Of a DNA stretch of 64,000 bases, positions 8,379 through 17,436 are shown in pieces (within the stretch, counting starts at the first letter, position 1; the number at the start of each line of letters is the position of its first letter). The notes under the pieces are model-generated. The model saw only the letters and a list, made by a program, of their open reading frames with translations. It ran no database searches and had not been told where the DNA came from. The stretch is from the IMG/VR virus record IMGVR_UViG_3300044996_000325, positions 1,085-65,084 of that record; one strand, written 5' to 3'. The translations under genes and the position numbers were made by a program. This DNA comes from a virus (Duplodnaviria > Caudoviricetes).

Positions 8379-8723
8379 CTACTCAACGGATCGTGTTCTC
8401 AATTCGAACAATGACCCGGAATATTTGCATGCCGGGTATGACTTGCACCCCAGGAAGATGGCGCCTGTCTGCCGGTTGGCGCGTTCGACGAGCTCTGATC
8501 CACATTTCGGGCAAACGGCGCCGCCCACCTGCTCACTCTCCCGGGGTTGATCATTCTTGTACAGGGGTTCGACAGGTTCCTGTGGACCACCGAAGTGAGA
8601 GTTCAAGCAGCTCAGTGCCGTCCAGGCTTTATCCTGGTCTCTTGCAAATTCTTCCATGTGCTTGATGAAGATCTCGGTGAGATCGGACACAGCTTCAAGA
8701 GGGGTGATAGCGGTCTTGCTCAT
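8379..8723 (-). CDS. protein with topoisomerase-type C4 zinc ribbon
   Basis: CPKCGSELVERANRQTGAIFLGCKSYPACKY. Confidence 0.75.
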   Translation of the reverse strand: MSKTAITPLEAVSDLTEIFIKHMEEFARDQDKAWTALSCLNSHFGGPQEPVEPLYKNDQPRESEQVGGAVCPKCGSELVERANRQTGAIFLGCKSYPACKYSGSLFELRTRSVE

Positions 8724-8946
8724 TGGCTTCTCCGTTCTTGACTTTGGTGAGATTGGTCATCATGGCCTGCAGTTCTTCGTTGGACGCATGCGCCCAGTTG
8801 TCCAGGACTGTCTGCACAGCTCCTTCCAGGTTTGCGATCTGCTCCTGAAGGGTGTGCAGGCGGTTGCGAAGGAACAGGAGTTCCGTCAAAGCAAGCTTTG
8901 ACTGCGATCCAATCACGACGTCGTCCAGGTCAAGTTGGGAGCCCAT
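8695..8946 (-). CDS. hypothetical coiled-coil protein
   Basis: 83 aa, AGGAG RBS. Confidence 0.6.
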   Translation of the reverse strand: MGSQLDLDDVVIGSQSKLALTELLFLRNRLHTLQEQIANLEGAVQTVLDNWAHASNEELQAMMTNLTKVKNGEANEQDRYHPS

Positions 8947-9118
8947 GTCAGCGTACTCCTATGAGGGCGACCAGGCCGATCAGGGCGATCAGCGCCGCTC
9001 CCCCGAGCTGGCTCAGATCGTTCCCGGCGATGGCGAAGAATGCGTCTGTGGTGGCAAGGAAGATGGCGCACAGGAAGACAATTGTTCCTTTGCTGATCGA
9101 TCGGATGGCTCTCATGGT

Positions 9119-9292
9119 TTATCTCCTGTATCCGTGGATGACATCGGCGACTTCACCGATGACGACGACGGCGAGCGTGATCCTGGCGGTCAGCGCCGCA
9201 CATTCGCTCCCGTTCTGCACGATCAGATAGGTGATCACGGTGACGATGGAGATGATCAGGATATCTCCGATGAGGCAGTAGATGCGCTTCAT
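9119..9292 (-). CDS. small two-TM membrane protein
   Basis: MKRIYCLIGDILIISIVTVITYLIV...ITLAVVVIGEV; a similar small hydrophobic ORF follows at ~8947-9115. Confidence 0.5.
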   Translation of the reverse strand: MKRIYCLIGDILIISIVTVITYLIVQNGSECAALTARITLAVVVIGEVADVIHGYRR

Positions 9293-9474
9293 TCGTTCTC
9301 GCTTTCTGCTGGCTTGGTGAGTTCCACCAATTGTTTTGCGCGTTCGTGTGCTTCCTGTTTGGTGGTGCCGATGACCTTGGCGACGACGTTTCCTTCGGCG
9401 TCGCGCAGGTAGACGTTCCATCCCATTGATCCCTGGGATGCAAGTCCTGCCTTGAGGGGTAGCTTGAGCTTCAT
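9289..9474 (-). CDS. hypothetical protein
   Basis: MKLKLPLKAG... with AAGGAG RBS. Confidence 0.55.
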   Translation of the reverse strand: MKLKLPLKAGLASQGSMGWNVYLRDAEGNVVAKVIGTTKQEAHERAKQLVELTKPAESENE

Positions 9475-9685
9475 AGCTGGTCTCCTTCGATGTTGTCGTC
9501 TCCGTCGTAGAGGTCGACACAAAACCTGCCTTCTTCGGTCCTGGCGGGTCTTTCTGCTCTGATCGGTAGCTTCATGGGTTTCATGGTTCATCTCCAGTTT
9601 CTGGCGTCTGAAACAGCGCCGCCCAAATCAGCGCCGCCTTCCCCCACTCCCATAAGCGAAAACGCCTATATATAGAGAGGGGGGA

Positions 9686-9955
9686 TCATGTGGAGAGGAT
9701 CTCGATCTCCTTGCGCAGTTCCCGCACCTGGTCTTCGAGATCCCGTATCTGGGGGAGCAGATCCTTCTCGGCCCGCTCGTACCCGTCCCGATCTGCAGAG
9801 TTCTCGGCCCTGGCAATACAAGATGGGCACGCTTCCACGGTGACGACATTCCCGTGTCCCATGCGGTTCGAGTGGTCGGTCTCACTGCGATTGCACATGG
9901 GTTCCCCACAGGAACAGAAGACTTCGAATTCAATGTCAACAGCAAATGACGGCAT
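9686..9955 (-). CDS. hypothetical protein, Zn ribbon plus coiled coil
   Basis: CSCG...CPSC; AGGAG RBS. Confidence 0.65.
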   Translation of the reverse strand: MPSFAVDIEFEVFCSCGEPMCNRSETDHSNRMGHGNVVTVEACPSCIARAENSADRDGYERAEKDLLPQIRDLEDQVRELRKEIEILST

Positions 9956-10166
9956 GGGCCTCTCCTATCGTGAGATATCAGGCTTTCCTGATACGGATGT
10001 GGCAGAAGTCGACGTAGGATTGTCCTGCGTACCACTTCAGCTTGTCGTAGACGACGACCTTGAGGCCGAAGATGCGAAATTCCAGCAGTACTCTCGGTGG
10101 TAGGTAGATGCGGGTCATGGTTTTCTCCGGGACATTTCCCCTGCTCTGCGAGACAGAGTGGTCTGC

Positions 10167-10217
10167 GGTGAGGGGAGAGGTGAGAGGTGGAGAGGTGAGA
10201 GGGGGGTGCGGGGAGGT
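10167..10217 (+). repeat. purine-rich GAGAGGTG-type short repeat tract
   Basis: ggtgaggggagaggtgagaggtggagaggtgagaggggggtgcggggagg. Confidence 0.7.
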
Positions 10218-10246
10218 AATGCCCCCGCGCTCTCTCTCGCCGAAAA

Positions 10247-10492
10247 TCACGAAATCCGGCGGAATTTGCGGAAAAAGCGCAGGATCGCCAACCAGGCGTT
10301 TCGCGCCGGGACGCGGAACCAGTAGTAGAACAGGGGCAGGCCCAGGATGTAGTACCCGATGCCTATCGACGGCCAGACTTCGAGGTCGATGAAGTTTTCG
10401 GGCTGATCGGCGCGGTAGAGGTAGATGGTGTTGCTGATGTCGATGAGGTATTTGTCGAGCAGCATGGGGAACATGGTTTGACGCTTAGGCAT
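10247..10492 (-). CDS. hypothetical membrane-associated protein
   Basis: MPKRQTMFPMLLDKY..., AGGAG RBS. Confidence 0.55.
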   Translation of the reverse strand: MPKRQTMFPMLLDKYLIDISNTIYLYRADQPENFIDLEVWPSIGIGYYILGLPLFYYWFRVPARNAWLAILRFFRKFRRIS

Positions 10493-10620
10493 ATTGGTCT
10501 CCTGGCGCGGTATGGAATGGGTCTTGATACGGGGAAGCAAGACTACTCCCCGGGAAGGTTGAAGGATGGGGGGTGCGCCGGCAAAAGGAGGAGGAAAATC
10601 CGGCGCGATCCCCCCGAATG

Positions 10621-10648
10621 GGACGTGCGGCTGTGACACCGCACGTCC
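10621..10648. terminator. hairpin after the 10656 gene
   Basis: GGACGTGCGG-ctgtgaca-CCGCACGTCC; no U tract. Confidence 0.45.
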
Positions 10649-10655
10649 GCAGTGA

Positions 10656-11999
10656 CTAGAGTGCCTGGACGAACTTATTGTTGATGTTGAGTTCGGTCAG
10701 CTTGGCCTTGAGGGCCTGGCGCCGACCTTCGGCGAAGTCGATCTCGTTGTTCTTCACCTTGAGGTAGGCGATCGACCAGTCGATCTTGCGACCGTCGGAC
10801 AGGGTGACGCCGACAGGGATACCCTTCACCTGGCGGATGCCCGAGATCTGAACCTTGCGACCGCGCCATTTCTTCCAGGCGATGTCCTGCGCTTCCTTGA
10901 GGGTGGCGCCGCCTGCGACTGCCATCACATAGGCGGTGTTGAACGCCGCAGTCTCGATCGGATTGCGGGCGTTGCTGGGGCATGTGGCGGCCAGCTCATC
11001 CATGAAGCCGGGGTCGATCATGTTCGGATCGGGTTCTTCCTGCGAGCGAGGCTCGTCGTACTCGACCTGCTCGATCTCGTCGCGTGCGTCCAGTTTGAGG
11101 CCGCGCATGCACTTGGCCAGCATGTCGGTCTGCCACTCTTCGTCGTCGTCGATCAGTTCGAGGCGGCGGAGGATGGGGGATGTGTGCGGCTGGAGGCGCA
11201 ACTTCCACTCGTTGCTCCACTCGCTGGCCGGAACGCCGTCCTTCTTCATGCGGGCGATCAGGCGGGCGCGGAGCTGGTTGTACCAGGTGATGAAGCGGCG
11301 CAGTTCGTACTCGTCGTCATCCATGTAGTCCGTCTTGTCCATGAAGATCGGCGGGGTGTAGCCGCGATCGTCGTCGGTAATGGCGATGTTGTCTGCGTCA
11401 GCGTTGAAGCCCAGCTGTGCGGCGATGAACTGCTTGCGGGTTTCTTCGTTCCACCCGAGGTCGGCGGCGGCGATGTTGGAGGACTGCTCCAGCTCCTTGA
11501 CGCTGTCCAGGAGGTTTCCGACGCCGGAAACTTCGTACTCATCTTCCGGAATTTCTTCGCCGGTGTAGCCGTCGACGTAGTCGGGCGTCTCCAGCTCATT
11601 GCTGGGCAGGGTCTGCTCGAGGTAGAGATCTGCAAGGACCTGGCGTGCGTTGTCCGCATCGGCGCCGCCTTCCGCAACGATCATGCGGAGAACGGGGGCG
11701 TACTTGCGGTAGATCATCGCCGGCTTCTCGGCCTTGCTCTGCAGTGCAGAGTAAGCCTGGTCGACGATGCGGGCGTTGATGTTCTCGATCAGTACCATGG
11801 CGTCGGTCTTATAGACCGTGGTCGCCAGAGCCCGCAGTGCGTCGATGATGCCGTTGGCGTAGAAGCCAACCATCGGGGTGTCGGACGCCAGAAGGCGCCG
11901 CACCTGCTCGCAGGTCTGATGCGAGAGGACGGGGGAGACATCTTCGATTGCTCCCATGAGCGTGCCAGTTTCCTGTAACGTAGCAGTGTCACCGTACAT
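10656..11999 (-). CDS. large acidic hypothetical protein
   Basis: ~447 aa from ATG 11999 (AAGGAG RBS); no family recognised. Confidence 0.8.
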   Translation of the reverse strand: MYGDTATLQETGTLMGAIEDVSPVLSHQTCEQVRRLLASDTPMVGFYANGIIDALRALATTVYKTDAMVLIENINARIVDQAYSALQSKAEKPAMIYRKYAPVLRMIVAEGGADADNARQVLADLYLEQTLPSNELETPDYVDGYTGEEIPEDEYEVSGVGNLLDSVKELEQSSNIAAADLGWNEETRKQFIAAQLGFNADADNIAITDDDRGYTPPIFMDKTDYMDDDEYELRRFITWYNQLRARLIARMKKDGVPASEWSNEWKLRLQPHTSPILRRLELIDDDEEWQTDMLAKCMRGLKLDARDEIEQVEYDEPRSQEEPDPNMIDPGFMDELAATCPSNARNPIETAAFNTAYVMAVAGGATLKEAQDIAWKKWRGRKVQISGIRQVKGIPVGVTLSDGRKIDWSIAYLKVKNNEIDFAEGRRQALKAKLTELNINNKFVQAL

Positions 12000-12035
12000 T
12001 TTCTTCTCCTTTTGTAAGATGGTCACAGGGACATG

Positions 12036-12074
12036 AAAACCCCCACTGACCCAGTATCTCGGCCAGTGGGGGTT
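12036..12074 (-). terminator. rho-independent terminator after ssb
   Basis: aaaaCCCCCACTGacc...ggcCAGTGGGGG; T tract on minus strand. Confidence 0.7.
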
Positions 12075-12086
12075 CGCGTTGCCGTG

Positions 12087-12518
12087 CTAGAAGTTCACGA
12101 TCTCTTCGGCGGGTTCTTCAACCGGAGCGTCTTCGTGGACTTCAGCCGGGGCGTCGCCGTTCTCGGTGTGGCGCGTGCCGCCGAGGAAGCGGACGGTCTG
12201 GGCGGTGACTTCGAAGTTCGCGCGAGCGGAGCCGTCCTGCCCCGTCCAGATGCGCGGTCCACCGGTGGCGGCGTCGGAGGTCAGGCGGCCTTCCACCAGG
12301 ACCTTCGAGCCTTTCTGCAGGTACTTGTTGCAGACTTCCGCCATCTTGCCCCAGACGCTGATGCGGAACCAGGTGGTCTCTTTCACGGTCTCGCCGGCGT
12401 TGTTGGTGTACTGCCGGTTGGTGGCGACCGAGAAGTTGGTCACCGGCTGGCCGCCCGGGGTGTAGCGCATTTCCGGATCACGACCGAGGTTACCAGCGAG
12501 GATCAAGGTTTGAAACAT
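12087..12518 (-). CDS. ssb: single-stranded DNA-binding protein
   Basis: GNLGRDPEMRYTPGG...FSVATNR...TTWFRISVWGK...KGSKVLVEGRL, acidic tail. Confidence 0.95.
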   Translation of the reverse strand: MFQTLILAGNLGRDPEMRYTPGGQPVTNFSVATNRQYTNNAGETVKETTWFRISVWGKMAEVCNKYLQKGSKVLVEGRLTSDAATGGPRIWTGQDGSARANFEVTAQTVRFLGGTRHTENGDAPAEVHEDAPVEEPAEEIVNF

Positions 12519-12622
12519 GTTGTTCTCCTTTGGGCTCTGCGCCCTGAATGTGGGTTTACTCACGGCTTTGAACTCCGTGAGCTCTCTTATCACCAGACGT
12601 CAGTCATCTGGTGGGCGTACCA

Positions 12623-12651
12623 ATTGTAGCACAAGTGTCACAGATGCGCAA
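12623..12651 (-). promoter_or_regulatory. promoter TTGCGC-N17-(TGc)TACAAT for ssb
   Basis: gcgcaa 12646-12651, attgta 12623-12628; TGTCACAGAT lies in the spacer. Confidence 0.7.
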
Positions 12652-12654
12652 CAC

Positions 12655-12939
12655 TCACTGTCCTTTGATGCTGTGGGCGCAGTGTGTCTGGTTGATCAGG
12701 AACTCTGCGGCCATGTCCGCGTCTGTGCAGTCGACCAGATGCTGGAGTGTGATAGGGCGCTCGATGCCGTGTGTTGTACGGATGCCAAGCGTCTCGAACC
12801 CCATGTCGTCCTGCGTCTTGACCAGGACACCCTTGCGGATCTTGTGACGTACTGACCCGACGGCGCCAGCCATCAGTTCTGACAGCTCCTTATTGTCCCG
12901 GAGCGTCTGCGGATGATCGAAGAGGTCTAAGATTTTCAT
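12655..12939 (-). CDS. hypothetical protein
   Basis: MKILDLFDHPQ..., AAGGAG RBS. Confidence 0.6.
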   Translation of the reverse strand: MKILDLFDHPQTLRDNKELSELMAGAVGSVRHKIRKGVLVKTQDDMGFETLGIRTTHGIERPITLQHLVDCTDADMAAEFLINQTHCAHSIKGQ

Positions 12940-13086
12940 GGTCAACTCCTTGTCTCGTCCATGCCGGGAGGCATGGGGGAATGGGGCGGCCACAACAGGC
13001 AGATGCCTGCGTGGATCGCACAGAAGCGACGCAGCGCACGGCTCCGTGTGGGAGACACGTGCGCTGCGTCGCGGTGCCGGCAGCGG

Positions 13087-13737
13087 CTACCAGGGACCGT
13101 AGAGCATCTGCTCGTTGCGGAGCTCTGCCTTGCGCTCCTGCTCGGCCTGCCACTGCTCGGAGGCTTCCTTGTCTGCGATGCACTGGACGCACTCGGCATG
13201 TGGCTGATGGGTGCTGTCCAGCTGGATCGGGCACTGCGTCTGGCAGATGTAGTGATAGTCGCAGTACACACTGTCGTTGTGTGCCTTGGTGGCTGTGGCG
13301 CCGCACCAGCAGTTGAGCAGGCGAGTTCGCTTGCTCATCAGAATGCAACCAAGGATATTCTTACCAACCCAGGTGTCATTCTCCCAGACTGCGCCCCAGA
13401 ACTTGTCTCCCCACGTATTGCCTTCGATCAACGCGTCCGGGAAGGTGCTCTTGAGCATCTCGCCAAGTTGCGGGTCATCGAACTTGGCCCAGACGAGCTG
13501 GGTCATGATGCCGATGCGCAGCATGTTCCAGCGCGGCCTCATGGTCACGCCGCGACCAAGGCGCTTGGCCTTGCCTGGCGTGGTCGCGAGGCGGATGAGT
13601 TCACGCTCTACTATGTTGAGCGTCTTGGCTGCCTGGTAGGCGTGCTCAACAGATGGGTAGGTGACGCCGTCGTACTTGATCGCGCATGGGTAGAAGTTGG
13701 ACAGGAAGTCATATTGACCTCCGAAGTTGACGATCAT
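13087..13737 (-). CDS. NADAR (YbiA/DUF1768) family protein with Cys/His-rich C-terminal extension
   Basis: FLSNFY...YPSVEHAYQAAK...AKRLGR...AKF...LIEGNTWGDKFWG...GKNILGCILM; start at ATG 13737. Confidence 0.9.
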   Translation of the reverse strand: MIVNFGGQYDFLSNFYPCAIKYDGVTYPSVEHAYQAAKTLNIVERELIRLATTPGKAKRLGRGVTMRPRWNMLRIGIMTQLVWAKFDDPQLGEMLKSTFPDALIEGNTWGDKFWGAVWENDTWVGKNILGCILMSKRTRLLNCWCGATATKAHNDSVYCDYHYICQTQCPIQLDSTHQPHAECVQCIADKEASEQWQAEQERKAELRNEQMLYGPW

Positions 13738-13738
13738 G

Positions 13739-13972
13739 TCAGTTCTCCTTTTTCTCGAATGTGAGGCGAGCGACGCCGCAGGCCTTGGTGCGGCTGACGA
13801 GCTCGAGGTTCTTCTGGCATGCAGCCCAGGCGAGGGCTCGGGTGGGCTCAGTGGGGCAGCCCATTGCGACAAGCTCGGGAGAGATGCTCTCGAGCTTGAT
13901 CGGTTCCTGCCCGTGGAACGGCATTCCACGGACAGCGTACGGACGAGCTTCCTTGATGACGATGGTGTACAT
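13739..13972 (-). CDS. hypothetical protein
   Basis: 77 aa, AAGGAG RBS. Confidence 0.6.
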   Translation of the reverse strand: MYTIVIKEARPYAVRGMPFHGQEPIKLESISPELVAMGCPTEPTRALAWAACQKNLELVSRTKACGVARLTFEKKEN

Positions 13973-13999
13973 GATCTTCTCCTTTTCTGACGTCTGAAA

Positions 14000-14497
14000 C
14001 TAATGGCCGAGGATCTCAACGATCTTCTCTCTCGGCGCATGAGAGAAGGCGATGAATGGATACTCGGTGTCGACATCGTTCAGGCCATTGAAGAGCCCGA
14101 CGTTCTCTTCCACGATGCGCTTGTTTTTCTTTGGCACGTATGCGCCAGTGACAACCCCGATCGCATACTCGCTATCTGACACGATCTCGAAGCGAACGTG
14201 CTCATGGAGCTTTGATTGGGCCAGCTCGTAGCGCCGAACAAGTCCCTTGATGTAGAACAGCGCCGCATGAACAGCAAGCAGCTCAGCGATGTTATTCGTA
14301 TTGTGTCCATCAAGCAGGGTCTTGTCGTCAAAGAAGGACCGATCGAACTTGAATGGATTTGGCAACCTCTTGCCGTCGAATGTGAATTCTTTGACCTCGC
14401 CGCTATTCCGCTTGATACCCAGGGACCAGTACATCTGAGCCCCTTCCTTGCCGTTGGCAAGGCAACCTCCGTCCACGTACAGATAGATCGTTTCCAT
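14000..14497 (-). CDS. RNase HI-like protein
   Basis: LYVDGGC...TNNIAELLAV...IVSDSEY catalytic D/E/D pattern. Confidence 0.8.
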   Translation of the reverse strand: METIYLYVDGGCLANGKEGAQMYWSLGIKRNSGEVKEFTFDGKRLPNPFKFDRSFFDDKTLLDGHNTNNIAELLAVHAALFYIKGLVRRYELAQSKLHEHVRFEIVSDSEYAIGVVTGAYVPKKNKRIVEENVGLFNGLNDVDTEYPFIAFSHAPREKIVEILGH

Positions 14498-14586
14498 GAC
14501 AATTCTCCTTTTGTGCGGACGTGAATTTGACTGGGCTTAGGACCAGTCCGCCGCATTACGGCGCCCCCTGCGCCGCCTTCTGCGAT

Positions 14587-14901
14587 CTACTTGATGATGG
14601 CCCAGTCGTTGGGGTTGAAGCTGCCCAGGAAGACAGCCAGGCCGATGTAGATGATCAGGCCCATGAAGATCAGGCCAACGAGCATGCCTTGCCCAGCCTC
14701 CTGGTTGCGCACTGGGTACTGCTTGAAGATCATGCGCAGCTCGTCATCCGCATCGCGCAGTTCCTTCTGCGAAGGACCGGTGGGGGTGAGGCTGTTGACC
14801 CCGGCCATGAGCGTCATCTCAAGGGCATGCGAGATGTTGGCCAAGCCGTGAGCCAGGACGGCGAGGACGTACAGAACAGCGGCGATCAAAGTCTTGAACA
14901 T
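14587..14901 (-). CDS. membrane protein
   Basis: two hydrophobic segments, AAGGAG RBS before MFKTLIAAV. Confidence 0.65.
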   Translation of the reverse strand: MFKTLIAAVLYVLAVLAHGLANISHALEMTLMAGVNSLTPTGPSQKELRDADDELRMIFKQYPVRNQEAGQGMLVGLIFMGLIIYIGLAVFLGSFNPNDWAIIK

Positions 14902-15065
14902 GGTGCTCTCCTTTTGCCCCGGTTGGGTGAGGGATTTTGACAAGTACCGGGGTGTTCACTTGCCAAAATACTAAGAAAGAACATAGTGTCCCTCACACAA
15001 CCGCAAACAAAAACCAATCCGGACAAAACCAGTCCACTTCACCGCCTCAGGCAGTACACGGGAAC

Positions 15066-15090
15066 AAAAAGGCCACCATCTCTGGTGGCC
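15066..15090 (-). terminator. rho-independent terminator
   Basis: aaaaa-GGCCACCA-tctc-TGGTGGCC. Confidence 0.75.
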
Positions 15091-15110
15091 TCTGTTTCCT
15101 ACGCCTGAAA

Positions 15111-15395
15111 CTACACGGGCGCTTCCCCCTCTGGCATATCGGCTTCAGTGATCAGGTGCTCGGGATGCCTCATCCGCACCATCGCGATGTGAGCGTTGCC
15201 AATCACCTTCGCCCACGGGATCGGTGTCCCGTTCTCGCGGAAGTCCGCCAGGTACTCATTGAAACGCTCGAAGATGCGCTCCTCCTGTCCCTCGATGGGA
15301 AGTTTCCGCCAGGTGTCGCCGTATCGTTCGTCGTCCTCTTTCAGCTGGACTTCAACGGCCTGCACGGTGTCTTGGAGTTCGTCTACGAGGATCAT
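15111..15395 (-). CDS. hypothetical protein, weakly like DUF5664 dNTP diphosphohydrolases
   Basis: RYGDTWRK...WAKVIGNAHIAM helical pattern; family call tentative. Confidence 0.55.
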   Translation of the reverse strand: MILVDELQDTVQAVEVQLKEDDERYGDTWRKLPIEGQEERIFERFNEYLADFRENGTPIPWAKVIGNAHIAMVRMRHPEHLITEADMPEGEAPV

Positions 15396-15565
15396 ATTGT
15401 CCTTTCCGGGTCATTGCCCGACGATAAAATTTGAGATCGTGTGGATCGCGCCAGTTGATACGAGGATCCTCTCGAGGCACAATCCAACGCACAAGATGAT
15501 GAAGCAGATCACGACGAAGTCGAATGCCATCGACAGGCATCCTTGCGCGTCATCGCCCCATCCGT

Positions 15566-15982
15566 TCATTCGCCACCTTCGTCCGGATCGCACGATAGAA
15601 CGCGATCGTATTTCACAACCTGTTTTTCCGGATCGTCGCCAGGGGAGCTGGTCAGGAAGCGTCCGTCGCTCGGAACAATAACGGACAGCATGTTCCCTGT
15701 ATCTGGCACGCTGCTATCAACGGCCCAGTCGGGTATCGGTCCATCCAGAACGAGCGTCATCCCCTTCATCTCGCCGACCTCGTACTTCATGACCGGCTTT
15801 ACCCATCCCTTGCCCCCGCATTCGGGGCACATGCTCACGAGGGACGGGTGGATACCGAGGCCCATACAGGTTTTGCACTCCCGGTACCCACGGAACCTGC
15901 GGATGATGCCGGGAAGGACGACGGCGATCGCGCCGATGGACAGGATGATGGCGACAACGCCAAGAGCGGTCACCTGGTTCAT
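15566..15982 (-). CDS. membrane-anchored protein with DnaJ-like CxxCxGxG repeats
   Basis: N-terminal TM, CKTCMGLG and CPECGGKG. Confidence 0.65.
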   Translation of the reverse strand: MNQVTALGVVAIILSIGAIAVVLPGIIRRFRGYRECKTCMGLGIHPSLVSMCPECGGKGWVKPVMKYEVGEMKGMTLVLDGPIPDWAVDSSVPDTGNMLSVIVPSDGRFLTSSPGDDPEKQVVKYDRVLSCDPDEGGE

Positions 15983-16467
15983 CGAACACCTGCCACGAGC
16001 TGCTCGACCAGGATGCGCGTTCTGGTGTGAAGCCGCATCTTGACCGCGTTCTCGCCGTACCAGCGCCGGACGTTGCTGTGCCCTTGAGCCTTCCCGGCCC
16101 CGATCCAGTCCGCGATCATCTCGCGAACGTACTTCTCCGGCATCAGTGTGGAGACGGATCCAGAGCTTACCGATACGTTGGTCCAGTACTGCCAGTGGTG
16201 CTTGTTGCGCCTGGTGTGAAGGAACCAGGCGTACTCGAACTGCTGATCGCCGGTGTCGTCGGGCTTGTAGTAGCCGTGGCGGGTCTTCTCGTACGGTTTG
16301 CCATTCTTGTCGTAGAAATGGCGCGCATAAGGGACGAGCTCATCCAAACGATATTTGGAAATGTCGTGGAGGAGCAGGAGCGTGATGGGTACACGCATTT
16401 TTAAGCCAGCGAGGAAGACGAACCAGCGGTGTCTGGTAACGTACCAGAGGTAGGCGATGTATCTCAC
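15979..16467 (-). CDS. DUF5662-like HD-fold phage protein
   Basis: HRWFV...HDISK...AWFLH...NKHHWQYW...EMIADWIGA. Confidence 0.75.
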   Translation of the reverse strand: MRYIAYLWYVTRHRWFVFLAGLKMRVPITLLLLHDISKYRLDELVPYARHFYDKNGKPYEKTRHGYYKPDDTGDQQFEYAWFLHTRRNKHHWQYWTNVSVSSGSVSTLMPEKYVREMIADWIGAGKAQGHSNVRRWYGENAVKMRLHTRTRILVEQLVAGVR

Positions 16468-16811
16468 TTGACCTCCAGCAGCTTCTTGAGATATTCTTCG
16501 GGATGCCTTTCCGCGATCGCCGCCCTCAGGATGATGGCGTAGTTGATCATGTCGAGGATGGTGTCGTCGACGGTCTCGTCCTTGACGGAGGGACCGCCGG
16601 GAGTTGTGACCAGCTTCCCGATCCTGGCCAGCTTGTCAGCCATTCGCGTGAGAATGCCGACCTCCATGGGGACATTCATCTGCTCGACCAGGCGGAAGTT
16701 CCGCAAGGCGTCTTCGCTGGCGCCGTAGTCGGCGTTCTTCGCCTTGATGATCTCGTACGCCTGGGCGCACGACAGCTGATGAATGCGACTGAGCTGTTCC
16801 CGCTTGATCAT
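16464..16811 (-). CDS. DUF1599 / nucleotide-modification-associated domain protein
   Basis: KNADYG...NF...RMADKLARI...DETVDDTILDMINYA. Confidence 0.75.
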   Translation of the reverse strand: MIKREQLSRIHQLSCAQAYEIIKAKNADYGASEDALRNFRLVEQMNVPMEVGILTRMADKLARIGKLVTTPGGPSVKDETVDDTILDMINYAIILRAAIAERHPEEYLKKLLEVK

Positions 16812-17275
16812 TTCATCTGCTCCGCCAGGAACATGTTGATGCCCATATGAGAGATCTGGTCGAGGCTTTCCTCGAGGTCGTTGACATGCCGCTCTTCATC
16901 GTGGAGGATGGTCTCCATGATCTCCCTGGTGCCGTTGTCGCGCTCGGAGACGCAGATGGCGATGGCAGCGTTGTAGTCGATGACTGCCTTGACCTCGGAA
17001 GCCCTGTCGTTCGTGAGCATACCCTCGACCTGAAAGCCGATATTGATCGGGTCGAGACTGGAAACGATGGGCTGTCCCTCGAGAAACAGGATGCGGTCGA
17101 TCTCCGTTTCGGCGTGCCCCATCTCCTCGATGGCGCGCTTCTCGAAGTACTCCATCAGCCGCTTGTATCCCCAGTTCTCGCACATCTTGGCGTGCACCAT
17201 GTACTGGTTGACGGCTGCAAGCTCTCCAGCGAGGAGAGTGTTCAAAACTGTGATTACTTTCGGTGATCCCTTCAT
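16808..17275 (-). CDS. bfr: bacterioferritin
   Basis: ELAAVNQYMVH...WGY...EEMGHA (heme Met)...RILFLEG...DEERH. Confidence 0.95.
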   Translation of the reverse strand: MKGSPKVITVLNTLLAGELAAVNQYMVHAKMCENWGYKRLMEYFEKRAIEEMGHAETEIDRILFLEGQPIVSSLDPINIGFQVEGMLTNDRASEVKAVIDYNAAIAICVSERDNGTREIMETILHDEERHVNDLEESLDQISHMGINMFLAEQMK

Positions 17276-17436
17276 GACTATCCTTTCACTTCTGAATATT
17301 CGACTTGTCTATTGCCTCACCCCAACAAAGATGCCGAACGCTTTCGCAACACTGGCGATCGCCCAGATGACCCCTCCGACCATGCCGAGAACGATGACCA
17401 GGCCGAGCATGCTGTACAGGTAGTCGACGAATTTCT

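Noticed and set aside
13087-14076. Extended N-termini in the ORF track (NADAR 329 aa, primase 355 aa, repressor 179 aa, integrase 308 aa)
   Set aside because: Upstream parts overlap other genes or promoters; internal starts with RBS or -10 fit better
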